From contig JAHCBA010000028.1 of NCBI GenBank assembly GCA_019634625.1, positions 3,283 through 67,282 of the forward strand: DNA of 64,000 nucleotides. The letters are read 5' to 3'. This document shows positions 21,696 through 30,848 of this stretch, in pieces. The notes under the pieces were generated by a model. That model saw nothing but the letters and a program-made list of their open reading frames with translations. It made no database searches and was not told where the DNA came from. The translations under genes were made by a program, and so were the position numbers. The DNA comes from Verrucomicrobiia bacterium (GTDB taxonomy: Bacteria > Verrucomicrobiota > Verrucomicrobiia > Limisphaerales > CAIMTB01). Positions within the stretch are counted from its first letter, which is position 1; each line of letters starts with the position of its first letter.

Positions 21696-22685
21696 TCACG
21701 ACGCACCCAGCGTCGCCCGGTCGTCCTCCTCCTGGTCCGGCGCGTCCGTCATCGCCGCTCCCTCCGGTGTCGCCCCGCCACCCGCCGCCTCTTCTCCCGC
21801 CATCGCGACGTCCGCAGGAGCCTCCTCCGGCGCCGCCTCATCCCCCTCTTCGGCATCCTCCTGCCCCAACGTTTCCTCCGGTGGCGGCGCTTCCGCGTCC
21901 GCCGCTCTCCCGCCCGGCTCCAGCACCCGAACGATCACCGGGCGCAACAACTGCCCCTGATACTGGAACCCAGGCGCCACCGTCTCGTCCACCCTCACCC
22001 CCTCCTCCGGCCGCGGCCCGTCCGCCACCTGGTGCCGGCGCGGATCGAACAACTCATCCGGCGTCGCCACCACCGTGACAAACCCGACCCGCCGTAACGC
22101 CTCCCGGCAGGCCCCATGGAACCGGTCCAGTTGCTGGACCACCGAGGTCTGGCCCGACCGCACCGCCGCCGCATGCAGCGCAAACACATGGTCCATCACC
22201 CGCCCCACCGCCTGCAGCCATTCCCCTTCGCCCCGCCGCAGCTTCTCCACCTCCAACTTGAGGGTCTGTTTCTCCGACTCGGCCGTGCGCGATACCGTGC
22301 TCGCCAGGGACTCCGCCTCCCGGCTGATCCGGTCCACCACCCCCTGCGACGCTTCAACCGTCCGCCGTGCATGGTCCTGCACCACCTGCCACTGGCTGGT
22401 GGCCCCGGCAATTCGCTCCGAAATCCCTTCGAGCTGCGACAACCGGGCCGCGGTGCGATCCAGCCGGGCCGTCTCCGTCAATTGCAGTTCCGCCGCATAC
22501 TCCCTCAGGTACGGCAGCACCCCAAACCATGCCCCCAACGCCACACACACCACCACCGCCACCATCTCCCCCAGACCCAGCGGCCTGCCTCCCAACGCCA
22601 CCAACGTTCCGGCCGCCACCAGCAGCAGCGCATCCGCGCCCCAGAAAGGCAGCTTCTTCATCCGCGGGGGATTCGTGTCCGACAT
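21696..22685 (-). CDS. Membrane-anchored GrpE-domain-like protein with acidic tail
   Basis: Two N-terminal hydrophobic helices are followed by a coiled coil. The segment ALRRVGFVTVVATPDELFDPRRHQVAD...VDETVAPGFQYQGQLLRPVIVRV mirrors the GrpE C-terminal pattern (G.e.i...FDP..H.A......V..v...GY.l.g.llRPa.V.V). The assignment is from pattern memory only. Confidence 0.5.
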   Translation of the reverse strand: MSDTNPPRMKKLPFWGADALLLVAAGTLVALGGRPLGLGEMVAVVVCVALGAWFGVLPYLREYAAELQLTETARLDRTAARLSQLEGISERIAGATSQWQVVQDHARRTVEASQGVVDRISREAESLASTVSRTAESEKQTLKLEVEKLRRGEGEWLQAVGRVMDHVFALHAAAVRSGQTSVVQQLDRFHGACREALRRVGFVTVVATPDELFDPRRHQVADGPRPEEGVRVDETVAPGFQYQGQLLRPVIVRVLEPGGRAADAEAPPPEETLGQEDAEEGDEAAPEEAPADVAMAGEEAAGGGATPEGAAMTDAPDQEEDDRATLGAS

Positions 22686-22874
22686 GCTGGGGAAACCCTA
22701 CCGAAACCCCGGCCCAACAGGCCAAGCCGATATTTTTTCGGCTCCGAACAACGCCTTCCCCGATCCAGCCCCCGCCTTGGCCATCATCAGAGCACATTGG
22801 GTTCGCCCAAAACCGGGCGGAATTCCCGTCACCCGGTTCGCCATTCGCCATTCGCCATTCCCGAGTCCCACCCC

Positions 22875-23756
22875 TCACGTCGCCGGTGCCCACCGCTGCA
22901 ACACCAGCGCCGCTCCGAACAGTCCCAGGAAAACCGCCCCCCAGGGAAGCGCCCCCGGCAGGACCGCCATCATGTCCACCAACACGATCCCCGCCAGCAG
23001 ACCCGACACCGCCCCCCGCGCGCCATCGGGGGTCGGACGCCGGAGCAGCAGCAGCGATCGCGCCGTCCACACCGCCCATATCGCCACCGGCGCCGCCACC
23101 TCCGCCCGACCCCACACCGAGGGCGGATTCGTCAATGCCGCCAGCGCCAGTGGCAGCAGCAATCCCCCCAGCGGCCACCAACGTTCCAGTCCCCCTTTGC
23201 CTTCCGTCCGCGCAATCGTGCTGAGCCCCACCACGTAACCTCCCAGCGCCAGGCCGCTCCACACGATCTCACCCGTCACCCCGTTCGCCGTCGCGGATCC
23301 CGCCACCAGGAACAGCAGGAACCGGCAAAGGGCCATCAGCAGGGTCGAAAAAGGCACCAGCTTGTGAACCGCGTTGTAGATCACCACCGAGACCGCCAGA
23401 AGAAATCCCAGGTGCAGCGTCGCCCCGCCCAGACTCGCCAGCAGCGCCCCGCCCCCCAGCAGAAGCAGCACTCCGGCGGCCCACACCCAGCCCGCCCTCA
23501 CCTGTCCCGAAGGAATCGGCCTTTCCCGACGATGCTCCCGGTCATGCGCCACATCGAACGCGTCGTTGAGCAGCATCCCCGCCACATACACCGCGCTCGC
23601 GCCCATCATCAGCACCCCTAGACGATGCCCCGCCCCACCCCCTCCCAACATCCACGCCGCCAGACAATTCGACCATACCGTCGGCAGGTTGGAAACCCGC
23701 CCGAGCACCAGCCACGGGCGCCACGCACCCCATCGCAGGGAAACGGCGGACGACAT
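22875..23756 (-). CDS. UbiA-family aromatic prenyltransferase (integral membrane)
   Basis: RVSNLPTVWSN, the Asp-rich motif NDAFDVAHDREHRRERPIPSG, and about 8 hydrophobic helices. Confidence 0.8.
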   Translation of the reverse strand: MSSAVSLRWGAWRPWLVLGRVSNLPTVWSNCLAAWMLGGGGAGHRLGVLMMGASAVYVAGMLLNDAFDVAHDREHRRERPIPSGQVRAGWVWAAGVLLLLGGGALLASLGGATLHLGFLLAVSVVIYNAVHKLVPFSTLLMALCRFLLFLVAGSATANGVTGEIVWSGLALGGYVVGLSTIARTEGKGGLERWWPLGGLLLPLALAALTNPPSVWGRAEVAAPVAIWAVWTARSLLLLRRPTPDGARGAVSGLLAGIVLVDMMAVLPGALPWGAVFLGLFGAALVLQRWAPAT

Positions 23757-23921
23757 CGCCGCGGATCAAACCCGTCCCCACCCCCCGACGTCCACGCCGA
23801 AGTACTCCCGCGATCTCCCCGACCTGACCCCCGTGATCCGGTTCCCCACCCACCTGGACGCTCGAACCACAGCGCCATCGCCGCCAGGAACTGTCCCACG
23901 AATGGCTTCAAAAAGAATGGC

Positions 23922-24332
23922 TCAGCGTCTCGGGAACAGGTGGTTGGCAATGATGCCAGCAAGTCCGGCAACCGCGGTTCCGGCAATCAATGCGAGCAGG
24001 ACCGCATCGGAAAGGAGGAAACGTAACTCGAACTCCAGACCCCCTGCCGAGAGCATTCGCCCCTCGCCAAGTGCACCGTTCAGGATCAGCACGACGTAGA
24101 GGGCGATCACCCACCATTTCGCAAGTCGGAAGATCTTGTCGGCATACACCCTGCGAAGCTCGATCAGCTCATTGAATTCTGTCAGTTGAGCGGCCCGTTC
24201 ATCCAAACTCAATCGCTCTTTCAGGGCCTCCTCTTCTCTCGGGCCAAACCGGCTTGCAAGGGCCTGATCGGGATCAGGCTCGTGAATTTCCCGCAGCAGT
24301 CGTTTCGGATCGGTGCCGCTTTCCTTTGGCAT
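23922..24332 (-). CDS. Hypothetical 136-aa protein, charged N-terminal half plus two C-terminal TM helices (candidate toxin partner of the Panacea gene)
   Basis: The ATG at 24332 is 3 nt after the upstream gene's stop (TGA-ccc-ATG). The sequence is MPKESGTDPKRLLREIHEPDPDQ...KIFRLAKWWVIALYVVLILNGAL...AVLLALIAGTAVAGLAGIIANHLFPRR. It lies in a visibly lower-GC segment. I recognise no family. Confidence 0.5.
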   Translation of the reverse strand: MPKESGTDPKRLLREIHEPDPDQALASRFGPREEEALKERLSLDERAAQLTEFNELIELRRVYADKIFRLAKWWVIALYVVLILNGALGEGRMLSAGGLEFELRFLLSDAVLLALIAGTAVAGLAGIIANHLFPRR

Positions 24333-24335
24333 GGG

Positions 24336-24893
24336 TCAGACATGGGCCGGCAATTTCGCCTTGAAGAAGTTTCTGATTTCTTCCTGCGGTATGTCGGTTC
24401 CAGAAATGTCCTGCCCCTTCAGTTCTACCCAGGCGTGCTTCCAAGGCGTGCCATCCTGGTGGGTCAAGGCAGACAGTTCGCCTGCGGTGAACCTGCCGTA
24501 AATGCTCCAGATCTGCTCTAACAGAGCGACGGCAAAATCGTCGTCGGGAATATCCGGTGATGATGAAACGATCCGGTACTTTCCACCCGAACCGCTGAGG
24601 ACCACACGCTCGACCGGGCGCTTGATCGGATCGCGACCGTATCGCTTGAAGGCATGATACACTTCTGGAAAGACAGGTCCGAACTTCCAGGCTTCCGGGC
24701 GTTCATTGACGAGCGGTGCGTCTGTGATCGCAAGGTGCCAACCATGTGCGAAGTACATGAGCTTGAGGAGCTTCATCAAGGTAAGCTCCTTCCCGTGCTC
24801 CTCCGCAATCCGGAGGAGTCGGTTTGCGACTGCTAGAGACGGGTGTGCCATGTCAAGTGCAACTTGCGCTTGTGATTCATATGACGTCAACAT
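24336..24893 (-). CDS. DUF4065 / Panacea-domain protein (SocA/GepA-like, PanA-type antitoxin)
   Basis: LTLMKLLKLMYFAHGWHLAITDAPLVNERPEAWKFGPVFPEVYHAFKRYG matches the T.MKLQKL.Y..Q.W.L......PLF.E..EAW..GPV....Y pattern of DUF4065. The start is taken at ATG 24893, with ATG 24851 as an alternative. The upstream 124 residues of ORF 24336..25265 are not protein-like. Confidence 0.8.
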   Translation of the reverse strand: MLTSYESQAQVALDMAHPSLAVANRLLRIAEEHGKELTLMKLLKLMYFAHGWHLAITDAPLVNERPEAWKFGPVFPEVYHAFKRYGRDPIKRPVERVVLSGSGGKYRIVSSSPDIPDDDFAVALLEQIWSIYGRFTAGELSALTHQDGTPWKHAWVELKGQDISGTDIPQEEIRNFFKAKLPAHV

Positions 24894-25263
24894 CCAACCC
24901 TGCTTGCTCTGCCGATGGGTGGAATTGCCCAACGACAAGATCTGCGCTTCGGCGCCAGGTGCCAGAATCGTTCCGCGTCTTGCTTCCGCACAAGCTCCCG
25001 GGACTGCCTCAGCAGCACCCCAGCCGAATTCCCCAACTCCGAAGCCACGCGCCCGGCGTCCTGCCACTGGGCCATGAGGTGCGAGGCGCAGGGGTGGCGA
25101 AGGCGGACATTCCTCTGCGTCGCCGCACCGTGGAGGCCGCCGCGTCCCCCGTGACGATGCCGGCATCGAGGTGGACGGCGTCCCGGGACAGCCGTCCGAT
25201 AAACTTACGGGATGACCCTGGACGGCACGGGCAAGCGGCGGGCGCAACCGCTGCCCGGGCCGC

Positions 25264-25294
25264 AAAAAACCCCGGAATCACTCGGATTTCGGGG
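25264..25294 (-). terminator. Rho-independent terminator downstream of tRNA-Ala (hairpin usable on both strands)
   Basis: On the + strand: aaaaaa-ccccggaatc-actcg-gatttcgggg-tttt. On the minus-strand transcript this gives a 10-bp stem (one mismatch) followed by U6, 18 nt after the tRNA 3' end. Confidence 0.6.
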
Positions 25295-25312
25295 TTTTCT
25301 GCCGGAGCGCGA

Positions 25313-25388
25313 TGGTGGAGCCGAGGGGACTCGAACCCCTGACCCCCACAATGCCATTGTGGTGCTCTACCAACTGAGCTACGACCCC
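25313..25388 (-). tRNA. tRNA-Ala (anticodon GGC), CCA encoded
   Basis: The reverse complement is GGGGTCG-TA-GCTC-AGTTGGTA-GAGC-A-CCACA-ATGGCAT-TGTGG-GGGTC-AGGGG-TTCGAGT-CCCCT-CGGCTCC-A-CCA. This is a 76-nt cloverleaf with the G3:U70 alanine identity pair and anticodon GGC in a 7-nt loop. Confidence 0.92.
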
Positions 25389-25571
25389 ATGCGCTCGGCC
25401 GGGGAAAACGCTAGGGGGTCCGCACCCTTCCTGTCAAAGCGTATCCTGTGCCTGCCGTTCCCTCGATTCGTGGTGCGCCCAGGGCGTGGAGCCGATGTTC
25501 GCACCCTCCCGCCGGGAAGCTCTCCCCCCGCGTTGACAGGCTGGGCACCTCAACCCTTTACTCGCCCGACC

Positions 25572-25979
25572 ATGCGTCGCACCCTCGTCGTGTCCGCCCT
25601 GATTCTGGCGCTCGGACCCGGCTGCCGATCCCCCGATCGTTCCCCGGATGCCCGCCCCATTCCCGCCGGCACCAAGGGCGGAGGTTTGGCCACACCCGCC
25701 TTCCCTTCGTCCGCAGGCCGCTCCGACACAGGACCCCTGGCCCCTGTGCTCATGCCTCCCAGTGGTCGCGTCCACGCCGTCCGCGCCGATCTCCGGTTCG
25801 TCGTTCTCGACTACACGCTGGGAGGACTCCCCGCCGAAGGTGCCATCCTCAGTGTCTATCGAAACGACCAGAAGGTCGGCGAACTACGCCTCTCGGGCCC
25901 CCCGGAACGCAGCGGATTTGTCACGGCCGACATCCTCGAAGGGTTCATTCAGGTGGACGATGAGGTTCGGATGCAATGA
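25572..25979 (+). CDS. Hypothetical lipoprotein
   Basis: MRRTLVVSALILALGPGC has a lipobox. The C-terminal half (RVHAVRADLRFVVLDYTLGGLPAEGAILSVYRNDQKVGELRL...) looks like a small beta domain. No family is recognised. Confidence 0.5.
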   Translation: MRRTLVVSALILALGPGCRSPDRSPDARPIPAGTKGGGLATPAFPSSAGRSDTGPLAPVLMPPSGRVHAVRADLRFVVLDYTLGGLPAEGAILSVYRNDQKVGELRLSGPPERSGFVTADILEGFIQVDDEVRMQ

Positions 25980-26074
25980 ACCCAGGTCCCCCGGAAGGGC
26001 TCGCTGCCTGGCTCGCTGCCCCGGGCCTGCCGCCCGCCACCGCCCCCAGGCATACCACGACCGCCCGCCAACCC

Positions 26075-26383
26075 CTAAACTTCCTCCCGCGTCTTCGATA
26101 CCTTGGAGGATCGCTGACGATGATACGGACTCGACAGGTTGAAGTAGATCCCGCACAGCGGCCGCTCCGTGTCCGTCTGGCTCAGGATCACGGTGACCTG
26201 CCGGTCCAAGGCAATGCCATGCCGCAAGCCCGGCCCCCGGCTCTGAAATGCCTTGATCGCCTTGTCCACCAGCGATCGCAACGCCGCCTCCATGTCGTCC
26301 GGTGGCTTCTCCAGGCAGACCACATACCTGTCAAAGGCACGCATGGCCTCCGCGATCTCCCCTTTGAACGTCTCGGCCGTCAC
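26075..26383 (-). CDS. Hypothetical 102-aa protein
   Basis: The composition is plausible for a real protein (MTAETFKGEIAEAMRAFDRYVVCLEKPPDDMEAALRSLVDKAIKAFQSRG...) and the local GC is somewhat lower. No recognisable motif. Confidence 0.4.
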   Translation of the reverse strand: MTAETFKGEIAEAMRAFDRYVVCLEKPPDDMEAALRSLVDKAIKAFQSRGPGLRHGIALDRQVTVILSQTDTERPLCGIYFNLSSPYHRQRSSKVSKTREEV

Positions 26384-26520
26384 GCCGCGAAGTTAGAAAG
26401 CCCGCCCAGCAAAGCAAAACCAGAAATGCAGTCCGTCACCCCGCGCCTCTCCCGCTGGCAGCCATCGAAAGGAAGGACAGCTCATGGACGCCATCCCGCA
26501 CCCAACACCCCCGTGCCGGG

Positions 26521-27951
26521 ATGATCCTCCCGCTTCCCGCTGATCTGGCGCGTCTGCTCCGCGAACTTCCCGTCCTGCGGCGTGCCTACCTCGTCGGTGG
26601 CTGTGTCCGGGATGCCATCCTGGGACGCCCCCTGAAGGACTTCGATGTCGAGGTCTTTGGCGCCTCCTACGAGGCCCTCGCCGAGGCCCTCCGCCCCTGG
26701 GGCCGTACCGATTTCGTCGGCCGCTCCTTCGGTGTCATCAAGCTCTCCCTCGGCAATGCCGTCCACGACTTCAGCATCCCCCGCCGCGATTCCAAAGTCG
26801 GCCCCGGCCACCGCGGCTTCGACATCCACCTCGATCCCCACATCACCCCGCCCGAGGCAGCCGCCCGACGTGACTTCACCCTCAACGCCCTCATGTGGGA
26901 CCCCAGGTCCGGTGAGGTCCTCGACTTCTTCGGCGGTCGCGATGATATCGAGCGCCGGATCCTGCGCCACATCGGCGAAGCGTTCCGCGATGATCCCCTG
27001 CGCGTCCTCCGCGGCATGCAGCTCGCCGGGCGCTTTCACCTGACCGGCGCGCCCGAAACCCTGGCCTGCTGCCGCGAACTGGTCGGCACCTTTCATGAAC
27101 TCGCCTTCGAACGCGTCCGCGACGAATGGTTCAAATGGGCCGCATCGAGCACGGTCCCTTCCGCCGGCCTTCGCTGGATCGAGGCCGCCGGCTGGCTCTC
27201 CCATTTTCCCGAACTCGATGCCCTCCGAGGCGTGCCCCAGGAACCCGAATGGCACCCGGAAGGCGACGTCTTCCAACACACCTGCCACGCCCTCGACGCC
27301 CTCCCCGATCTCCCGGCCTGGCGCGATGCCGACGAACCCACCCGCATCGTCGTCTCCCTCGCCGTCCTGACCCACGACTTCGGCAAGGCCACCTGCACCC
27401 ATACCGTCCTGCGCGATGGACGTTCCCGAATCGTTTCTCCCGGCCATGAGAACGACAGCGCCCGGCTCGCCGCCGCGTTCCTTGAACGGCTCCGCATACC
27501 GCGGGCCATTGCCGAACGCGTCGTCCCGCTCGTCCTTCAGCACATGGCCCATTTCCAGGAACCCGGCGAACGTGCCGTCCGCCGCCTGGCCCGCCGCCTC
27601 GCCCCCGAGACGGTAGAGCACCTCTGCCTGGTGATGACCGCCGACGCTTTCGGACGCCCCCCGCGCCCACGTCAGACCCCGTCCGCCGTCGAGGCCATCC
27701 GGCGCATCGCCAATCGACTCGATCTGGCTCGCTCCGCCCCGCAACCCCTGCTCCTCGGACGCCACCTCCTTGCCCTCGGCCTGTCCCCAGGAAAGGAGAT
27801 CGGACGATGGACCCATGCCGCCTTCGAAGCCCAGCTCGACGGGCGCTTCCATGACCTCAACGGAGCCCATGCCTGGCTGGCCGGACATCCCGATTTCCCC
27901 CCGGCTGCCGCCGCTCGCGCCGCGGAAACCACCTCTGAGGAAAGGGGCTAA
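26521..27951 (+). CDS. cca: CCA tRNA nucleotidyltransferase (poly(A) polymerase head plus HD domain)
   Basis: [50 protein letters not shown], and HD-domain motifs [10 protein letters not shown]...LTHDFGK. Confidence 0.85.
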
Positions 27952-28952
27952 CCGCCGCCCAGAATTCCGCCGTAGAAACCCATCCAGAACGACACGATCT
28001 GCCAGGCGACGATCAACAGCACGGCGCCATACACCACGCCGGTCAGCGTGCCACTGGCAAGGGTCATCCAGCGCAGCCCTTCGTCCTGGTAATGCTCGGT
28101 CAGGCGGGCCAGCGCCTCATCCGTTCGTCCCGACATCTCGCCTCCGGCGTAGATCGCCGAGAAATGCTGCGGAAAAAAGGAGCGCTCCGGGAGGATGTCC
28201 CCCGCGGATTCCCCCTCCCCCAACCGCGGCAGCCACGCCTGCACCTCCCGCTCCAACGCGGGCGAACCGCTGGCCGCCGCCGCCATCGGCCACGCCCGCG
28301 TCGCCGTCATCCCTGAATTCAGCAGCGCATCCAACGCCATGCTCAACCGCGCCAGCACCAGCGCCCGCCGCGCCCGCCCCAGACCCGGAATCAGCCCCGC
28401 CACGGCTTCCAGTCCCGACCGCCAGGCCCGCCCATGGGTCCCCTGCGACGCATACACGAGAAAGGCCGTTGCGACGTAAAAGGGCAGAAAGAAGAGCGCC
28501 TTCCCCAGCAGGAACCCGCCCACACTCCCGCCGTGGAACAACGTCACCAAATCCCCGATCGGCAGGATCAGAAACGCAACGTGAAAAACCAGCACCGGGT
28601 ACGCCAACCCCAGGATGAGTTTGCGGGACAGCGCCGCCCGCTCGCGGTACGCCTTCGACAACACCCGGCATGTGGCATCCAACCGTCCGCTCTGCTCCCC
28701 CGCCTCCAGCAGCGCGATGTCGAAGTCCGGGGCCCATCGGCCCAGGGATCGAAGTGCCTCCCCGAACGTGGCCCCCTCCTCCAGTCGATCCCCCACCCGC
28801 GTCAAGGGTCGCGCCAGCCCCCACGCCGGAGGGCTGCCTGCCAGCATCCGCAGGGTCCGGATCAGCGGCAGACCCGCGCCGATCGAGCTCGCAAGCTGAT
28901 GGAATACGTCGGCCCGCGCCGAGAGTTGGGCCGGTGTCACCAGGAAGGCCAT
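27948..28952 (-). CDS. Type II secretion system F-family (GspF/PilC-like) inner-membrane protein, stand-alone
   Basis: Start at ATG 28952 ([34 protein letters not shown]...). There are two T2SSF-like repeats ([20 protein letters not shown]... and [22 protein letters not shown]...) with TM segments. Confidence 0.7.
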
Positions 28953-29015
28953 GACCTTTGGACAGGTGCTCCCCAAACAGGCGCCCCCCACGGGCCCCAG
29001 CCCCAGGCCGGATGC

Positions 29016-29345
29016 CTAGAGGTACGGCTCGACCGTGTCGCGGATGGCGCGCTTGCCCTTGGCACCCCGCATCTGGTCCACAATCTGACCCCCTTTGAAC
29101 ACCAGCAGCGTGGGAATCGCCGTGATGCCGTATTGCGTGGCCAGACCCGCCTCCGCATCGACATCGACTTTGGCGACCTTGAGCTGGCCGTCCAGTTCCG
29201 TGGCCAACTCCTCGAGCACCGGGGCGATCATCTTGCAGGGGCCGCACCATTCCGCCCAGAAATCCACCAGCACAGGCGTCGCCGATTGGAGCACCTCCGC
29301 GTTGAAGGTCGCCTCGGTGACGTTTTTAATGAGGTTCGATGCCAT
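29016..29345 (-). CDS. trxA: Thioredoxin
   Basis: VLVDFWAEWCGPCKMIAP active site, 109 aa, canonical length and pattern. Confidence 0.95.
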   Translation of the reverse strand: MASNLIKNVTEATFNAEVLQSATPVLVDFWAEWCGPCKMIAPVLEELATELDGQLKVAKVDVDAEAGLATQYGITAIPTLLVFKGGQIVDQMRGAKGKRAIRDTVEPYL

Positions 29346-29387
29346 GATTCTTAGAATAACCGCCTCGGACGCGACCTGGATGGCCTT

Positions 29388-29810
29388 TCAATCGATCTGA
29401 ATCCCCAGCGCGATCAGCACCACATGCACCAGGAAGGCCAGCCCCAGAACCGCGGCCGCCACCGCCAATCCCTTGTCCAACCCGCTGATCCCGCCACCAG
29501 ACGAAATCGGCGCCATCATCGGCCGCCCCATCGGCGCGGGAGCCGCCGCTCCCGAAGCCACCGGAGCCGAGGCCATCGGCTTGGGCGCAGCCGGCGCCGG
29601 CGCTGCCCCAGCCGCAGGGGCTGCTTTGGCCGCCCCAGGAACCCCGGCCGCTGGAGCGCCTCCAGGCGGTGGCGACGGAAGGCGCACCGTCGGAGCCGCC
29701 GTCGGCTTCGGAGGGAGCGCAATCCGGACGGTCTCCTTCTTGGGCTGCACTTTTGCGGCCTCACCGGGATTCGGGGGCACCGGGGGTGTGCTGGGGGAGT
29801 TTTCCGACAT
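29388..29810 (-). CDS. Hypothetical Pro/Ala-rich protein with C-terminal membrane anchor
   Basis: A low-complexity P/A-rich body ends in LAVAAAVLGLAFLVHVVLIALGI. The coding status rests on the TM tail and its position upstream of trxA. Confidence 0.4.
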   Translation of the reverse strand: MSENSPSTPPVPPNPGEAAKVQPKKETVRIALPPKPTAAPTVRLPSPPPGGAPAAGVPGAAKAAPAAGAAPAPAAPKPMASAPVASGAAAPAPMGRPMMAPISSGGGISGLDKGLAVAAAVLGLAFLVHVVLIALGIQID

Positions 29811-29881
29811 AGAACGTTCGCGAAGCTAGGTAGCCGGTCAGAAGAGTGTCAAACTTTTTGGCCGTCCAGTCCGGCCCCGCG

Positions 29882-30050
29882 GTGCATCCCGGAGTTGTGG
29901 GAGTGGAGGCGGCGAATCGGAGGGACGAGCTCCGCGAGTCCTCCACCGTCCTCCACCCAACGCTCCACACCGTTGCGGCCTCGTGGAACTCGGCCCTCCG
30001 AAGCGACGCTTCGCGTTGTTCGCGCCTCAACCCACAACTCCGGGATGTAC
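29882..30050 (+). mobile_element. MITE-like element, copy B (169 bp)
   Basis: gtgcatcccggagttgtggg ... cccacaactccgggatgtac. It has a single core with a 10-nt insertion (caccgtcctc) relative to copies C and D. Flanking 11-mers tccggccccgc / gccggtcccgc match 9/11. Confidence 0.8.
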
Positions 30051-30298
30051 GGCCGGTCCCGCGATGGCTGATCCGCCTCGGAAACAACCGGCGACTTCCA
30101 GGCAACGAAGGCGCTTCCAGACCCGTTACGAATTCGCTGTCCCCCCGGTTGGCCCTGCCCGGTGTCCCGCCTTCAGCCGGCCATCCCCATCCCCCAGCAG
30201 GCTCTTAAGACGGCAGGCCCTGCCCGAGTGCCCCCTCGCCAAACCCGGCCGACCGAGCCGGGGACGAGGGGGCCGTGAAGCCCGTCGCCCGCTTCCCC

Positions 30299-30691
30299 TC
30301 AACGACGGTTGTACGATCCGCGGTCCTCCCAGTCGTTGCCCCCGCCCCCGCCGCCACGCCGTCCCCCACGACCGCCCCCTCCCCCACCGCCGCGCCGGCC
30401 ATAGCCCCCTCCGCCCCCTCCCTCCCGCGGCGGACGCTCCTCCTTCGGACGCGCCACATTGACGGTCAGATTGCGCCCCTGAAGTTCCTGGTCATGCAGA
30501 AGCTCCACCGCCTTCTCGGCCTCCTCGGCACTCCCCATCTCGACAAAGGCGAACCCGCGCGAACGACCCGTGAACTTGTCCATCACCACGTCCACGGCCC
30601 GCACCATTCCGGCCTGCGTGAAATGGTCGAACAGATCATTCTCGCCCGTCGTGTACGACAGGTTCCCAACAAACAACCTCGCTGCATTCAT
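30299..30691 (-). CDS. RRM-type RNA-binding protein with Gly/Arg-rich tail
   Basis: RNP2 LFVGNLSY, RNP1 RGFAFVEM, and a C-terminal GGGGGYGRRGGGGGGGRGGRRGGGGGG. Confidence 0.9.
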   Translation of the reverse strand: MNAARLFVGNLSYTTGENDLFDHFTQAGMVRAVDVVMDKFTGRSRGFAFVEMGSAEEAEKAVELLHDQELQGRNLTVNVARPKEERPPREGGGGGGYGRRGGGGGGGRGGRRGGGGGGNDWEDRGSYNRR

Positions 30692-30848
30692 GTTAGGAGT
30701 GTCCAGCCCAGGAACTCAGTGGAGGGGACCTGCACACGCAGCATCACGAAGGTTCGCCGAGAAGACTCAACCGACCCGCTGTCATCCGACACCATCACCG
30801 TTTGTTCTTGGATCGACGGCGCGACCGTCGCACCCACCCCGCCCGTCG

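Noticed and set aside
23846-23866. ctggacgctcgaaccacagcg as a possible att-type direct repeat of the tRNA-Ala 3' half (gaggggactcgaacccctga) at the far end of the low-GC islet
   Set aside because: Only an 8-mer (ctcgaacc) plus a few scattered bases match. That is expected by chance in 64 kb, and there is no integrase gene.
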